In this document: piece by piece, positions 9,299 through 19,640 of the stretch
Layout: each line of letters opens with the position of its first letter
Position numbering within the stretch: position 1 is the first letter of the stretch
Origin: Limisphaerales bacterium
GTDB lineage: Bacteria; Verrucomicrobiota; Verrucomicrobiia; Limisphaerales; SIBE01
Assembly: GCA_044225505.1 (NCBI GenBank)
Contig: JBGAIN010000014.1
Span: forward strand, 1 to 64,000
Direction of reading: 5' to 3'
Length of the DNA stretch: 64,000 nucleotides
Translations under genes and position numbers: made by a program
Notes under the pieces: model-generated
Database searches by the model: none
Seen by the model: the letters and a program-made list of their open reading frames with translations, nothing else
Told to the model about the DNA's origin: nothing

Positions 9299-10870
9299 AT
9301 GAAACGTTACCTCAGCCGACTCCAGCTTGCGGTGTTTGGATTGGCGTTTGGCGCCCTTAGCACGAGCTTAGGAGCCCAACATTCGGGCAGTCCTCAAACG
9401 CCGGAGGTGATTGCATTGGTGCATCGGAGTGGGGTACAGGGACTCAGCGATGCCAACGGGCGGACCTTTAAGGAGGTTTGGAACCTTCCCTCCACCATCC
9501 AACTGCGTGAAGAGACGGTCGCCAAGCTCGCGCAACGCCTCGCCACGCATTGGGTGGCTAAAGATGGCAAGAACGCCAGCTGTGCTCCGTTGCTTCGTCC
9601 ACTCTTGTCGGACCTAGGTAACAACGAGATGGTTCTGGAAGTGGTCGAACTGCCCCAAGACACGCTCAGCACGACTTTGTTAGTGCATCTAGAGGATGCG
9701 CATCGGCGCGTTTGGCAGGCCAATTGGGGACGCTTGCTCGAAGGGTGGACGCTCCGACCGGAATTGCAGACCTCGCGCCTCGCCTTTGTTTCTACGAATT
9801 CCTGGTTTATCCTGCACGCGGTCTCAGGCAGCGGCGGTGGCGTAGACCCCGACTTGCAGAAGAACCCATGGGTGAAGAAAGTAGCGGCAGGAGAACGTCC
9901 TCTTCCTGAGGCGCCCGATCAGGTGCTCCAGCTCGGAGCGAACTTAGCGAGATTGGCGACCTGGCTGGCGGTGGGCAAGAGCGAGGATTTCCCAAAGATC
10001 GATTTAACCGTTACGGGGCGCAAAGAGTATCTGCGGTCGCAGGCACGCGTCACATTCCGTGAACCGCTTGGCATACAACTGGAGAAATGGGACATCCCGG
10101 TCAACACGATCCGGGATCCGCTGATCAGTTTTACGGCCATTCAAGCCATCGGGTCCTGGCTCAAAAGGCAGCCGCTCATTCAGCAACTCGGCTTGGACGC
10201 GCTGCCGAACCAGCTCTACTTGTGGGAACTATCCCAAACCGCTTTTCAAATTCAAGCGGCCGTTCCCGTGACGGCGGCAACGAATACCTTGAACAGGATT
10301 ACGGAAAAGTGGGTGCCCCAATTTAACCGGTCGCTGGCGGACCACGCGGTCGGCAACATCCTGCGTTTGACCAATCGCACGGAGTTGGTCTGGAAAGGAT
10401 TGCCTCTCTTGGTGCCGTATTTGGACACAGTGCGCGAGCATGGCCAAGACTACTTGCACGCTGGGATATTCCCGGTGGACCCTTCGCCCAGCACCGCTCC
10501 GCCACAGCTTTTCCAACAGATTACCAGTCAAAACAACCTGGTTTACTACGATTGGGAAATCACCCAAGCCCGCTTGACCCAGCTTCGCCCACTTCTGCAA
10601 CTCGGTGCGGTATTTCTAACGGTCGCTCCGATGAGCACCAATTCTGCCGCCTCGAAATGGCTGGATGCCGTGGAACCGCGGTTGGGCAATACAGTGACGG
10701 AAGTCTCGCTGGCCTCGCCCAAGGAACTCCAGGTCGTGCGCACGTCGCATGTGGGATTAACCGGGCTCGAACTTCTGAGCCTGGCGAACTGGCTGGAAGG
10801 AACCAATTTTCCGCGCCTGAACCTGGACGTTCGATTCCGCCCGGCTGTGCGCACGAACCGGCCTCGCTAA
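9299..10870 (+). CDS. Hypothetical exported protein
   Basis: About 523 aa, signal-peptide-like N-terminus, ends 21 bp before pdxJ; no family recognised. Confidence 0.7.
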   Translation: MKRYLSRLQLAVFGLAFGALSTSLGAQHSGSPQTPEVIALVHRSGVQGLSDANGRTFKEVWNLPSTIQLREETVAKLAQRLATHWVAKDGKNASCAPLLRPLLSDLGNNEMVLEVVELPQDTLSTTLLVHLEDAHRRVWQANWGRLLEGWTLRPELQTSRLAFVSTNSWFILHAVSGSGGGVDPDLQKNPWVKKVAAGERPLPEAPDQVLQLGANLARLATWLAVGKSEDFPKIDLTVTGRKEYLRSQARVTFREPLGIQLEKWDIPVNTIRDPLISFTAIQAIGSWLKRQPLIQQLGLDALPNQLYLWELSQTAFQIQAAVPVTAATNTLNRITEKWVPQFNRSLADHAVGNILRLTNRTELVWKGLPLLVPYLDTVREHGQDYLHAGIFPVDPSPSTAPPQLFQQITSQNNLVYYDWEITQARLTQLRPLLQLGAVFLTVAPMSTNSAASKWLDAVEPRLGNTVTEVSLASPKELQVVRTSHVGLTGLELLSLANWLEGTNFPRLNLDVRFRPAVRTNRPR

Positions 10871-10891
10871 GCTAAATCCGGCCTAATCAAG

Positions 10892-11632
10892 ATGCTCAAA
10901 CTCGGCGTCAATATTGACCACGTTGCCACCCTGCGCGAAGCGCGGTATCATGGACGTTCCACGGGCGAGCCCGACCCAATTGCGGCCGCCCTGGCCTGCG
11001 AGGCGGCCGGCGCGCATGGTATTACCGCGCATTTGCGGGAAGATCGACGTCACATTCAAGACCGGGATATCTATCTACTCCGCAAGGCGATCGGGACCCG
11101 GCTCAACCTGGAGATGGCGAATTCGGCGGAGATCATGGCCATTGCGCTCAAAGTGCGTCCGGACATCGTCTGCCTGGTCCCGGAACGGCGTCAGGAAGTC
11201 ACCACGGAAGGCGGCTTGAACGTCGTGCGGCAGGTCCGTCCGTTGAAGAAGAGCACGCAACAGCTGCTCGCCGCCGGCATTGAAGTCAGCTTGTTTGTCG
11301 GACCGGATCTCGACCAGATCGAAGCGTCGGCAGAAGTGGGCGCTCCGTTTGTCGAATTGCACACAGGCGCTTACGCGGAACGGTTTGGCAACCGTGCGGA
11401 ACGGAAACGAGAATTGAACCGCTTGGTGCAAGCTGCGGAACGTGCGCACGAGCTCGGGATTCAGGTTAATGCGGGGCACGGCCTGAACTATACAAACCTT
11501 CGGGAGCTGTATTGCGTGCCACACCTGGTGGAGCTCAACATTGGACACAGCATTGTCAGCCACGCCATCACCGTCGGGCTGTCGACCGCTGTGAAAGAAA
11601 TGTTGAAGCTTATGAAAGGCTACCCCGGTTGA
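10892..11632 (+). CDS. pdxJ: Pyridoxine 5'-phosphate synthase
   Basis: [48 protein letters not shown]. Confidence 0.97.
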   Translation: MLKLGVNIDHVATLREARYHGRSTGEPDPIAAALACEAAGAHGITAHLREDRRHIQDRDIYLLRKAIGTRLNLEMANSAEIMAIALKVRPDIVCLVPERRQEVTTEGGLNVVRQVRPLKKSTQQLLAAGIEVSLFVGPDLDQIEASAEVGAPFVELHTGAYAERFGNRAERKRELNRLVQAAERAHELGIQVNAGHGLNYTNLRELYCVPHLVELNIGHSIVSHAITVGLSTAVKEMLKLMKGYPG

Positions 11633-11662
11633 TCGCCGAGGTCTTCCGGAGCTCTCCCGCGC

Positions 11663-12040
11663 GTGATTCTGGGCACTGGCATCGATATCGTCGAGGTCGG
11701 TCGAATTCACGACTCGTGTCAACGATTCGGTCAGCGGTTCCTGAGCCGCATCTTACGCCCGGCCGAGATTGCCTATTGCCAATCCCACAAGACCATGGCG
11801 CCGCACGTGGCAGCCCGATTTGCCGCAAAAGAAGCGATATCCAAGGCATTTGGAACAGGTATTGGCCGACATTTAGGTTGGCAAGACATGGAAATCGGCC
11901 GGAAAGACTCGGGTGAACCCTTTGTTATTCTGCACGGAGCAGGCGCCGCGTTGCTCGAACAGCGCGGAGGGAAAACGGTCCACGTCAGTTTGAGTCACAC
12001 GCAGGCCCACGCAACAGCAGTGGCCATCTTGGAAGCCTGA
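11663..12040 (+). CDS. acpS: Holo-ACP synthase
   Basis: GTGIDIVE, ARFAAKEAISKAFGTG, SLSH; the pdxJ-acpS order is well known. Confidence 0.96.
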   Translation: MILGTGIDIVEVGRIHDSCQRFGQRFLSRILRPAEIAYCQSHKTMAPHVAARFAAKEAISKAFGTGIGRHLGWQDMEIGRKDSGEPFVILHGAGAALLEQRGGKTVHVSLSHTQAHATAVAILEA

Positions 12041-12071
12041 TGGACGGGCGGTCGGCTTGAGCTCCACCTGC

Positions 12072-13022
12072 CTAGGGGAGAGGAGTTCCCTCTGCTTGCG
12101 ACGCTGCTCGGACACGCTCCAGAATGACGTCGGCGAGGTGCGGCTCGGTTCCCAAACTGCGGGAATACCAAACGAGTTTGCCTTTCTTCTCTGTTGGATT
12201 GCGCCAGGTAGGCTGTCCTCGGGCTAAGCGGTCTCTCACTACCCGTTCGGGCTCTCCCAGCATGACGGGAATATCCTCATAGGAGTGAAGGCCGTCACTG
12301 ATGAAAAAGGGGACGACCACCATGTGCTTCAAACGGGTGAGGGCGTAGCTGTCCGCAATTTGCGGACTCTCTTCCATGAAGACTGCATGCACTTCCGCAT
12401 AAAGCTGTTGCGACCGAATCAAGTCAGCCTGCGCTTCGACCGCGCGACGGGAGTTTTCATTCCGCTCGGTGCCATGGCCCGCGATGAATAAGCCGGTTTC
12501 CGACGGTCGCGGAGCGCGGGGGAACGGATGTTTCGCGACGACTTCTTGGGCGCGGGCCAGGATGAGTTGCGTCATGCTGGGGTGCGTGCCGACCGGTGCA
12601 CAATAAAAGAGAGTAAACCGCGCCTGACGCTTGATCGTCACCGGGCCGTCCACAGGCTTCGGATCCAGACCCAGTTCGCGCGGGATAACTTCGCCTGTAA
12701 AATAGCCGTCGCTGATAAAGAGCGGAACGACGAACAACCGCGGTGACTGAATCTTAGCCAATGTGGTGACGATCGAAGGTTCCTGTTTCCAAAAGGCCTC
12801 AAACACTTCACGGAAGAGCCCCCGCCGCCGCAGTTCAGCAGCGTGTTGCATGGTCGGGAGGGCAGATTCGGTGTTTACGGTTGAGCCATGCCCGACCAGC
12901 ATTAACGCAGCGTCCTCAAAGGTGTCTGTCACGCCAGTGAAGGTAAGCGAACATGTCGCAGGTGCAATCTCTTGAAATTTCACTTGCGCCGAGTGTGTTG
13001 AGCTCATTGAATCGTCTGGCAC
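12072..13022 (-). CDS. CbiX/SirB-like class II chelatase with duplicated domain
   Basis: Two repeats: LVGHGS..VVPLFISDGYF and IAGHGT..VVPFFISDGLH. Confidence 0.8.
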   Translation of the reverse strand: MPDDSMSSTHSAQVKFQEIAPATCSLTFTGVTDTFEDAALMLVGHGSTVNTESALPTMQHAAELRRRGLFREVFEAFWKQEPSIVTTLAKIQSPRLFVVPLFISDGYFTGEVIPRELGLDPKPVDGPVTIKRQARFTLFYCAPVGTHPSMTQLILARAQEVVAKHPFPRAPRPSETGLFIAGHGTERNENSRRAVEAQADLIRSQQLYAEVHAVFMEESPQIADSYALTRLKHMVVVPFFISDGLHSYEDIPVMLGEPERVVRDRLARGQPTWRNPTEKKGKLVWYSRSLGTEPHLADVILERVRAASQAEGTPLP

Positions 13023-13054
13023 AATTGGAACGAACTGTTGACGATTAATTTTTC

Positions 13055-14314
13055 ATGAGCACGACCACTGTCACCTCCCTAAAAACGGTCAAAGGCAATA
13101 CCAAGTCCAAGGTCGAAGCGGAACTTTCCCGCACTGGCGGCTTGCTCAGGCTCGCCCCGAATTGGGTCCCGCGTTCGTTTCTCCAACCTGGCTTAAGACT
13201 CAAGCTGCACCCCGACGACACTTATGCTTATGGGGCGAATCGCGGAGGCATTGACGAGCGCTGGTTCGCGTCGACCACGGAAGCGGCCAATGACGGTCGT
13301 GTGCCTGATGAAGGTCTGAGCTACGTCGTGATCAAGGGAGAAAGGTTTACCTTGCGCCAGGCGGTCGCCGACTGCGGTGCAACGTTGGTCGGCGCCAAGA
13401 TTTGGAACAAGTACAGTCGGTGGCCGGTCTACTCCAAGTTCTTCGATAACATGGGGCCGATCCCGCACCATATGCATCAAAGTGAAAAGCAGGCGAAGCT
13501 GGTCAACCGCGAAGGGAAACCGGAAAGCTATTACTTTCCACCGCAACACAACAACGTGGGGAATAACTTCCCCTATACATTCTTCGGCCTCGAACCCGGA
13601 ACGACCAAAGCCCAAGTCCGCAAATGCCTTGAGGATTGGAATCGCGGAGACAACGGGATTTTGGACCTCTCAAAGGCCTACCGGCTGAAGCCTGGGACAG
13701 GCTGGCTTGTCGGACCGTGCATCTTGCACGCGCCCGGGTCGCTCTGCACTTATGAACCGCAATGGGGCAGCGACGTTTTTGGCATGTATCAGAGCATGGT
13801 GGAGGGCCGTTACGTGCCGTGGGATCTCCTCGTCAAAGATATGCCCAAATCCAAGCACAAGGATCTCGATTTCATCGTTGATCAACTGGACTGGGATGCC
13901 AACGTCGATCCCGAATTCAAAGACCACCATTATCTGGAACCGATCCCAGTGGCCGATACCCAGAGCGCCGGCTACATGGATCGTTGGATCGTTTATGGCA
14001 ACATCAGCGGCAAGCAATATTTCAGCGCCAAAGAATTGACCGTTGATCCAGGCACGAAATGCACCGTCAAAGACCGGGGGGCGTTCGGGTTAATCTGCGT
14101 CCAGGGCAAAGGCACAATCAACGGGCAACCGCTCAACTCGCCGAAGCTGATCCGCTTTACGGAACTGACCGAAGACGAATATTTCTGCACCGAGGACGGC
14201 GCCAAAGCCGGTGTTGTCTACGAGAATACCAGTGAAACCGAACCGCTGGTCTGCCTCCGTTACTTCGGCCCAGAAGTTAACCCGGATGCGCCAAAAGTGG
14301 GCGCTGCGTCCTAG
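13055..14314 (+). CDS. Cupin-fold protein, type I phosphomannose-isomerase-like
   Basis: IPHHMHQ, GKPESYY, LHAPG, YEPQ resemble cupin metal ligands; substrate unknown. Confidence 0.65.
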   Translation: MSTTTVTSLKTVKGNTKSKVEAELSRTGGLLRLAPNWVPRSFLQPGLRLKLHPDDTYAYGANRGGIDERWFASTTEAANDGRVPDEGLSYVVIKGERFTLRQAVADCGATLVGAKIWNKYSRWPVYSKFFDNMGPIPHHMHQSEKQAKLVNREGKPESYYFPPQHNNVGNNFPYTFFGLEPGTTKAQVRKCLEDWNRGDNGILDLSKAYRLKPGTGWLVGPCILHAPGSLCTYEPQWGSDVFGMYQSMVEGRYVPWDLLVKDMPKSKHKDLDFIVDQLDWDANVDPEFKDHHYLEPIPVADTQSAGYMDRWIVYGNISGKQYFSAKELTVDPGTKCTVKDRGAFGLICVQGKGTINGQPLNSPKLIRFTELTEDEYFCTEDGAKAGVVYENTSETEPLVCLRYFGPEVNPDAPKVGAAS

Positions 14315-14350
14315 GGTATCTTAACCTGTCCTAACGGCCATTCTAGCAAC

Positions 14351-14388
14351 GGCCCGCGGCTGTCTTTCCGAGCAACCGCGGGCCTTTT
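14351..14388 (+). terminator. Rho-independent terminator between convergent genes
   Basis: Stem GGCCCGCGG/CCGCGGGCC followed by TTTT. Confidence 0.65.
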
Positions 14389-14405
14389 GGCAAGAATCAA
14401 ATCGG

Positions 14406-14810
14406 TTACTCCTTGGTCCAGAAGTCGATGACGAAAACGTCGTCGACCAATGGTCCGACCAAGCCAGCAAATTCCTTGTGGGCCGGATGGACGAGATACT
14501 CATCTCGGTCTTTCTCGCTCTTGAACGTCAGTATAAAACAGTGGGTGCAACCCTTGTTTTTCTTTTCCGGACTGTTATTGGTGCCCCACTCGAGCTTGTC
14601 GATCTTGGTGATCTTGCTCGGTAGATCCGCAAAAGCCGTTTCGACTTTCTTGATCTGATCGCTCGTCGCGCTTTCTTTGAATTTGAATGAAACGACGTGA
14701 CGGAGCTTGGCTTTCTTTGCCTTCTTGGCATCTGCCCCTTGGGAGGTGACCAAACCGCAGATCAATAGCGTGAAGGCTGTGATAACGAACAGAACTCGAT
14801 GGATCTTCAT
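14406..14810 (-). CDS. Dabb (stress-responsive A/B barrel) protein with signal peptide
   Basis: LRHVVSFKFK, WGTNNSPE, YLVHPAHKEF, VIDF. Confidence 0.9.
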   Translation of the reverse strand: MKIHRVLFVITAFTLLICGLVTSQGADAKKAKKAKLRHVVSFKFKESATSDQIKKVETAFADLPSKITKIDKLEWGTNNSPEKKNKGCTHCFILTFKSEKDRDEYLVHPAHKEFAGLVGPLVDDVFVIDFWTKE

Positions 14811-14970
14811 GATAGAGTAGACGTTAAAGTAGGGAGCCTAGCTAGCCGCCGTGATTGTGGCAAGCTTTCGGAAAGGGCGCGCAACATCAAGATACAAGGG
14901 CTCGCCGAGGCCATCCCAAGCGTTGATTGGGTACTCCTCCACATCCCTAAAACGGTCGGTCGCTGTCTAC

Positions 14971-15237
14971 CTAGCGAAATGCCAACCAGACGAATAAAAC
15001 CACTAAAGCCAAGCTGACGATGGCCCAGAACCATCGGACTCCCTGAGTGACGTTCCTTTTGGGGCCGAATTCCTGTTTCACAAACTCATCGTAGTTAAAG
15101 GAATCATCGGGGAGCCCCAGGCGATCGCCCGCAGCCTCCTCCGACCACCCTGTCTTTTCGCAAGCGCCGCAGTCGGGGCACGCCCGAGCGTTCGATGGAA
15201 CTTCTGCTCCGCAATTTGGGCAGGTATCAGGAGGCAT
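14971..15237 (-). CDS. Zinc-ribbon membrane protein
   Basis: CPNCG..CPDCG and a C-terminal hydrophobic helix. Confidence 0.8.
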   Translation of the reverse strand: MPPDTCPNCGAEVPSNARACPDCGACEKTGWSEEAAGDRLGLPDDSFNYDEFVKQEFGPKRNVTQGVRWFWAIVSLALVVLFVWLAFR

Positions 15238-15310
15238 AGCAAGGGCACCGCGCCCTGAATGACAACGTGCCAAGGGTTTGGACCGGAGAAAAGCCTAATG
15301 CGGGCGCCAT

Positions 15311-16087
15311 TCAACGGCGCTGAGAATTAGCAAGTTCACCCGTGACCCCAAGTGCGGCATGAACCGTCCCTTCGGAGATCGAGGTAGGGTCCAAGCTCCA
15401 ACGCGCCGCCAGAGCGATCAGCCTATCCGCGTTAGGTACAGACGCTTCGTCAGACGCCATCAAAGCCATCCCGCTACCTTCTCCATACGCGAAGCACTTT
15501 AAGCAGAGCTCCGATTCCGCCGGCGTCACTGCTCCTTGGTTCCACAGCGTTTCGCCAGCCCAAGCGTAAGCCCGACGAATTCGACCACCATCTGCTCGAA
15601 CCCAGGCATGATGATTCACGGCGCGGTCCATGCTAAAAAACTGAACCTGCCCGAGAGATCGGCTCAAGCGCACAAGGAAATGAAAACAACGATCCACGTC
15701 GTCCGTGGGATCAGGAAGGCCGTTCCCGATCACGAGAATCCATCCATGAATAGGTGGGGACAAAAACAATCGGCCAGGACCCAACCGCGAGACGCCTTCG
15801 CCCCAGGAACAGGGGACGGGATTGTGTAAATCCAAGGCTGCCTGCACAACCGGAAGTTGGGCGTTCTTGACCGCCAGCCAGCGGCATGACTGTTCGAAGA
15901 CGGAAGGCGTATAGTGGGATTCTAAGTTAGATTCACCGCTTGGCATCGGTTCAGGGATCGACCGCGCCCGGGATTGACGGGTGTAAATCAATACCATGAA
16001 GCCAGCAAAAAGGCTGATTGCTAGAACACACACAAAGCTCGACAGCAACAGTTCAATAGCGAGCTGGTTTGTGTATTCCGGCGTCAT
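15311..16087 (-). CDS. Hypothetical protein with N-terminal TM helix
   Basis: Long ORF with hydrophobic N-terminus and globular remainder; start uncertain (16087 or 16132). Confidence 0.65.
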   Translation of the reverse strand: MTPEYTNQLAIELLLSSFVCVLAISLFAGFMVLIYTRQSRARSIPEPMPSGESNLESHYTPSVFEQSCRWLAVKNAQLPVVQAALDLHNPVPCSWGEGVSRLGPGRLFLSPPIHGWILVIGNGLPDPTDDVDRCFHFLVRLSRSLGQVQFFSMDRAVNHHAWVRADGGRIRRAYAWAGETLWNQGAVTPAESELCLKCFAYGEGSGMALMASDEASVPNADRLIALAARWSLDPTSISEGTVHAALGVTGELANSQRR

Positions 16088-16234
16088 CAGGTAAATCAAT
16101 CTAAGCCGCCCTGATGAAGTTTCAATGGGCAAAGCAGGGAATCCTCATGGCATCGAAAAAAATCGGATTCCCTGGCTAAACCAGACTATGAAGTCACTAA
16201 ACCAGACGGAACGATCCGGACAAACGCTCGAAGC

Positions 16235-16654
16235 TTAAACACCGCTATTGAGGACTTTCAGGGCCTTCTTCGGATTGGACGGTCGCAAGATCATCATGCC
16301 ATGGCGCGCATCCGGAGTCGTAGCGCAGTAGGCATACTCAATATTGATATTCGCGTCGGCCAACGCGTGTGCGATGGCGGCGAGTGATCCGGGTTTGTTG
16401 AAGCCTTCGATCATCAGCACATCCGTCGCGACGACCAACGACCCGTGCTCTTCAAAGATCCGGAGCGCCTCCGCAGGCTTGCTAACCACCATCCGCACCA
16501 CGATATGATCCACCGTGTCGCTGGTTGAAATGGCGTGAATGTTAATTTTGGCCTCTCCGAGGACATCGCAGACACGCGCCAATGCCCCAGGCCGATTCTG
16601 CAGAAACAACGCTAGCTGTTTGGCTATCTGCAGAGTTGCTACTCCCGCGGTCAC
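16235..16654 (-). CDS. Tandem ACT domain protein
   Basis: NRPGALARV..INI and NKPGSLAAI..INIEYAY. Confidence 0.9.
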   Translation of the reverse strand: MTAGVATLQIAKQLALFLQNRPGALARVCDVLGEAKINIHAISTSDTVDHIVVRMVVSKPAEALRIFEEHGSLVVATDVLMIEGFNKPGSLAAIAHALADANINIEYAYCATTPDARHGMMILRPSNPKKALKVLNSGV

Positions 16655-16786
16655 AATTTTCGAGGCTATCAGGCCTGCTCTGGAAACGCAAACGACTTCA
16701 ACAGATGAGATCCGGACATCCGAACGATCAGCATGTTCTCTTCCAGTCGAAAGCTCTTTATTCGTCCGGAAATATGCGGACGACTT

Positions 16787-18694
16787 CTACCAACTGATTC
16801 CGTAGTCGTCTCCGTGATTGCTGGCACCGCCCCAAAACGTGCCGTGACGCTGATCAAAGTAGATCGCTGTAATCGGTCCCGAAGTCTTCTTCGCGAAATC
16901 AAGGGTGTACCCCATGCGCCGGAGCTCGCGCCGAACCCAGGACGGCACTTCGTCATTGAGAGTAAGACGGCCCGGAATCGCATCATGAGCGCCAAACGAG
17001 CTGTGCATTTGATAACTCGTAATATTTGCCGCCTCGCAGGCTTCCTGAACCGTGAAGCCAAACTCGACAACGTTAAGGAAGAACTGAAGTAGGTTTTGGT
17101 CTTGCGTATCCCCGCCCTGGACCGAAAAGCATAGAAAAAGCTTTCCATCCTTCAACGCCAGTGTGGGTGTCAACGTAACCCGAGGGTGTTTCCCAGGAGC
17201 AACGACGTTGAAAGGGTTCTCTTCGGGGTCCAAAACAAAACTCTGCATCCTCTGACTCATGCCAACCCCGGTTCGCCCTGCCACGCACGCTGGCAGCCAT
17301 CCTCCGCTAGCGGTGACTGAGATGGCCCATCCGTTCTCGTCAGCCGCCTGAATCGATGTGGTTCCGGCACGAAACGCCTCGTCGAAGCTCATCGACGATT
17401 CAATTGAGTTTTGGGCCAAAATCGAACTGCTCTTGGGAGCCATAGGTGCTCCACGCTCTGCCAAGGGCCGCGCCGTATCCCGCGATTTCAACTGTCCCTG
17501 GAACGGATTTGTGCCGCCCTGAAATGGGTAAGGGTCACCGGGGCCCACTTTCGGATTGTTCTTGGACCAATTGATTAGCGCGTAACGCTGCTTCGCGTAT
17601 TCCTTTGAGAGGAGGCCGCGGATCGGCTCGACCGGGGGAAAAGCGGTGTCTCCGTAGTAAAAATCGCGATCGGCAAAGGCAAGGTTCATAACCTGGTATA
17701 GCGCATGAATGTATCGTGAGCTGTTGTATCCCATGCCCGTTACGTCCGCCTGTTCCAGGAGATTTAATGCCTGCAACAGCACTGGCCCCTGTGTCCAGGC
17801 CGTCAATTTATAAACCTCAATCCCACGGTAAATCGTGCTGACCGGCTCTTCGAGTTGCGCCCGCCACTCGGCCAGATCGGTCACCGTATGCAAACCGCCA
17901 AGCTCGCGGGATCCCCGGCAGAACTCCTCACCAATATCTCCTTTGTAAAATCGATCGTAGGCTCCTTGAATTGCTTGTCGACGAGTCTTCCCCGACCGTA
18001 AGGCCGCGGCTTCCGTATCGACCAGTTTGTTCAAAGTCGCAAGCAAATCTTCCTGACGCCAGATTTCCCCAGGCTGCGGCCCTTCATGCTCTTCCCCTAA
18101 ATGGGGCAGGAATAGTCGCGCCGAATCTGGCCATTGTTTTAACTTTTGTTTGTGACGTTCAATCTTTTCAGCCGTATCCGCTTCGATCGGATAGCCTGCC
18201 GCCAACTCCATGGCCGGCGCCAAGACTTGCTTCAGCGACATTGTTCCGAATTCTGCCAAGAGCAGCATCAATCCGCCCGGATTTCCCGGTGTGACAGCCG
18301 CCAGAGGCCCCTCCGCGGGAGGGTATTTGTAGCCTTTCGCCTTGAAGAATTCCGGAGTCGCTCCGGTCGGCGCCACGCCCAGGCCGTTGACTCCGATAAC
18401 TCTCTTTTTGTGTGGATCGTAGACCAACGCTTGCGTCTCCCCTCCCCAACTCACATCATCATACATTGTACAAACGGCCGCGAGCATCGCACAAGCCGCA
18501 TCGACCGCGTTGCCGCCCTGGTCAAAAATCTTTGCCCCAGCCGTGGCAGCGAGCGGCTTGCCGGTCACCGCTACCCAGTGACGGCCATGTAGAACGGGCT
18601 TTTGCCCGGGCGTAAATGGCTCCGGTCCCGCCGCGCGCCCAATGCTCACAGGGAGGGTCATAGCCAGGGAAAGAACGAGATGGATCCTATTCAC
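16787..18694 (-). CDS. ggt: Gamma-glutamyltransferase family protein (exported)
   Basis: GGNAVDAA, LAFADRD..YGD, nucleophile Thr in GTTSIQAAD, GGDTQ; signal peptide. Confidence 0.9.
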   Translation of the reverse strand: MNRIHLVLSLAMTLPVSIGRAAGPEPFTPGQKPVLHGRHWVAVTGKPLAATAGAKIFDQGGNAVDAACAMLAAVCTMYDDVSWGGETQALVYDPHKKRVIGVNGLGVAPTGATPEFFKAKGYKYPPAEGPLAAVTPGNPGGLMLLLAEFGTMSLKQVLAPAMELAAGYPIEADTAEKIERHKQKLKQWPDSARLFLPHLGEEHEGPQPGEIWRQEDLLATLNKLVDTEAAALRSGKTRRQAIQGAYDRFYKGDIGEEFCRGSRELGGLHTVTDLAEWRAQLEEPVSTIYRGIEVYKLTAWTQGPVLLQALNLLEQADVTGMGYNSSRYIHALYQVMNLAFADRDFYYGDTAFPPVEPIRGLLSKEYAKQRYALINWSKNNPKVGPGDPYPFQGGTNPFQGQLKSRDTARPLAERGAPMAPKSSSILAQNSIESSMSFDEAFRAGTTSIQAADENGWAISVTASGGWLPACVAGRTGVGMSQRMQSFVLDPEENPFNVVAPGKHPRVTLTPTLALKDGKLFLCFSVQGGDTQDQNLLQFFLNVVEFGFTVQEACEAANITSYQMHSSFGAHDAIPGRLTLNDEVPSWVRRELRRMGYTLDFAKKTSGPITAIYFDQRHGTFWGGASNHGDDYGISW

Positions 18695-18834
18695 AATCCC
18701 ATCCTAAGCGATGCCATCGAGAAAGTCAGGTTGTCATGTGCAGGTCCCCTTAACGCCATGGATTATGGCACCGTGCCCCCCCACCTCTGTCTCCTGCATT
18801 GACTCGCCACGCTGGCAGGACTAACAACAGCCGA

Positions 18835-19521
18835 ATGTCCGCGCGCCAAATCAAAAGCGATCTGCCCCCAGCTCAGATCAAATTCGCCTTGCCCGACGCG
18901 GAAGCTATAGACGGAGCGCTCGAATGCGGTGTGGACGAGGTCGGTGTAGGATCTGCCATTGCGGAGGTTTACGCCGCAGCCTGCATTCTGGATCCAACCC
19001 GAAGAATCAACGGTCTTAGAGACTCGAAAACACTCAGTCCAGAGCGAAGGGAGGAATTAAACGTGCGCATTCGGGAGCGAGCCTTGGACTACTGCATTGC
19101 CACCGCGAGCTTGGAGGAAGTGAATACATTAAACGTCTTCGGAGCGACAATGCTGGCCATGCAACGAGCGGTTGCGGGTTTGAAACTCAAACCTGGCCTG
19201 GTGCTGATTGATGGGAATCGCATGCCAAAGTTGCCATTCCCAGCGCGGACTATCGTCAAAGGAGATGCGACCGTGCGAGCGATATCGGCGGCGTCGATCC
19301 TCGCCAAAGTCGCCCGCGACACGGCCATCTTGGCGTATCACGAACGATTTCCAGAATACGGATTCAATCAAAACAAGGGTTATCTGACGGAGTTTCACCT
19401 CGCTCAACTTCGGCGCCTGGGCCCTTGCCCGATTCACCGGAGAAATTACGAACCGATTCGTTCTCTGATGGCACTTGGAGATTCTGAGCAAGTTGTATTT
19501 CAGCAATCAAAGCTCCTTTAG
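18835..19521 (+). CDS. rnhB: Ribonuclease HII
   Basis: GVDE, LRDSK, IDGN, IVKGD, ISAASILAKVARD, KGY, IHRR. The canonical GRG motif reads GVG here. Confidence 0.92.
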   Translation: MSARQIKSDLPPAQIKFALPDAEAIDGALECGVDEVGVGSAIAEVYAAACILDPTRRINGLRDSKTLSPERREELNVRIRERALDYCIATASLEEVNTLNVFGATMLAMQRAVAGLKLKPGLVLIDGNRMPKLPFPARTIVKGDATVRAISAASILAKVARDTAILAYHERFPEYGFNQNKGYLTEFHLAQLRRLGPCPIHRRNYEPIRSLMALGDSEQVVFQQSKLL

Positions 19522-19640
19522 TCGCTTCTAGAAAGGGCTCCAGAAGCGTTTGCCGGTCCACTCGCATCGCGGGTTGATTGCGAACCAATTCAAGGAACGC
19601 CAGCAACTCGGTCACCCCTTGACTTTCACTGAGTCCAGCC

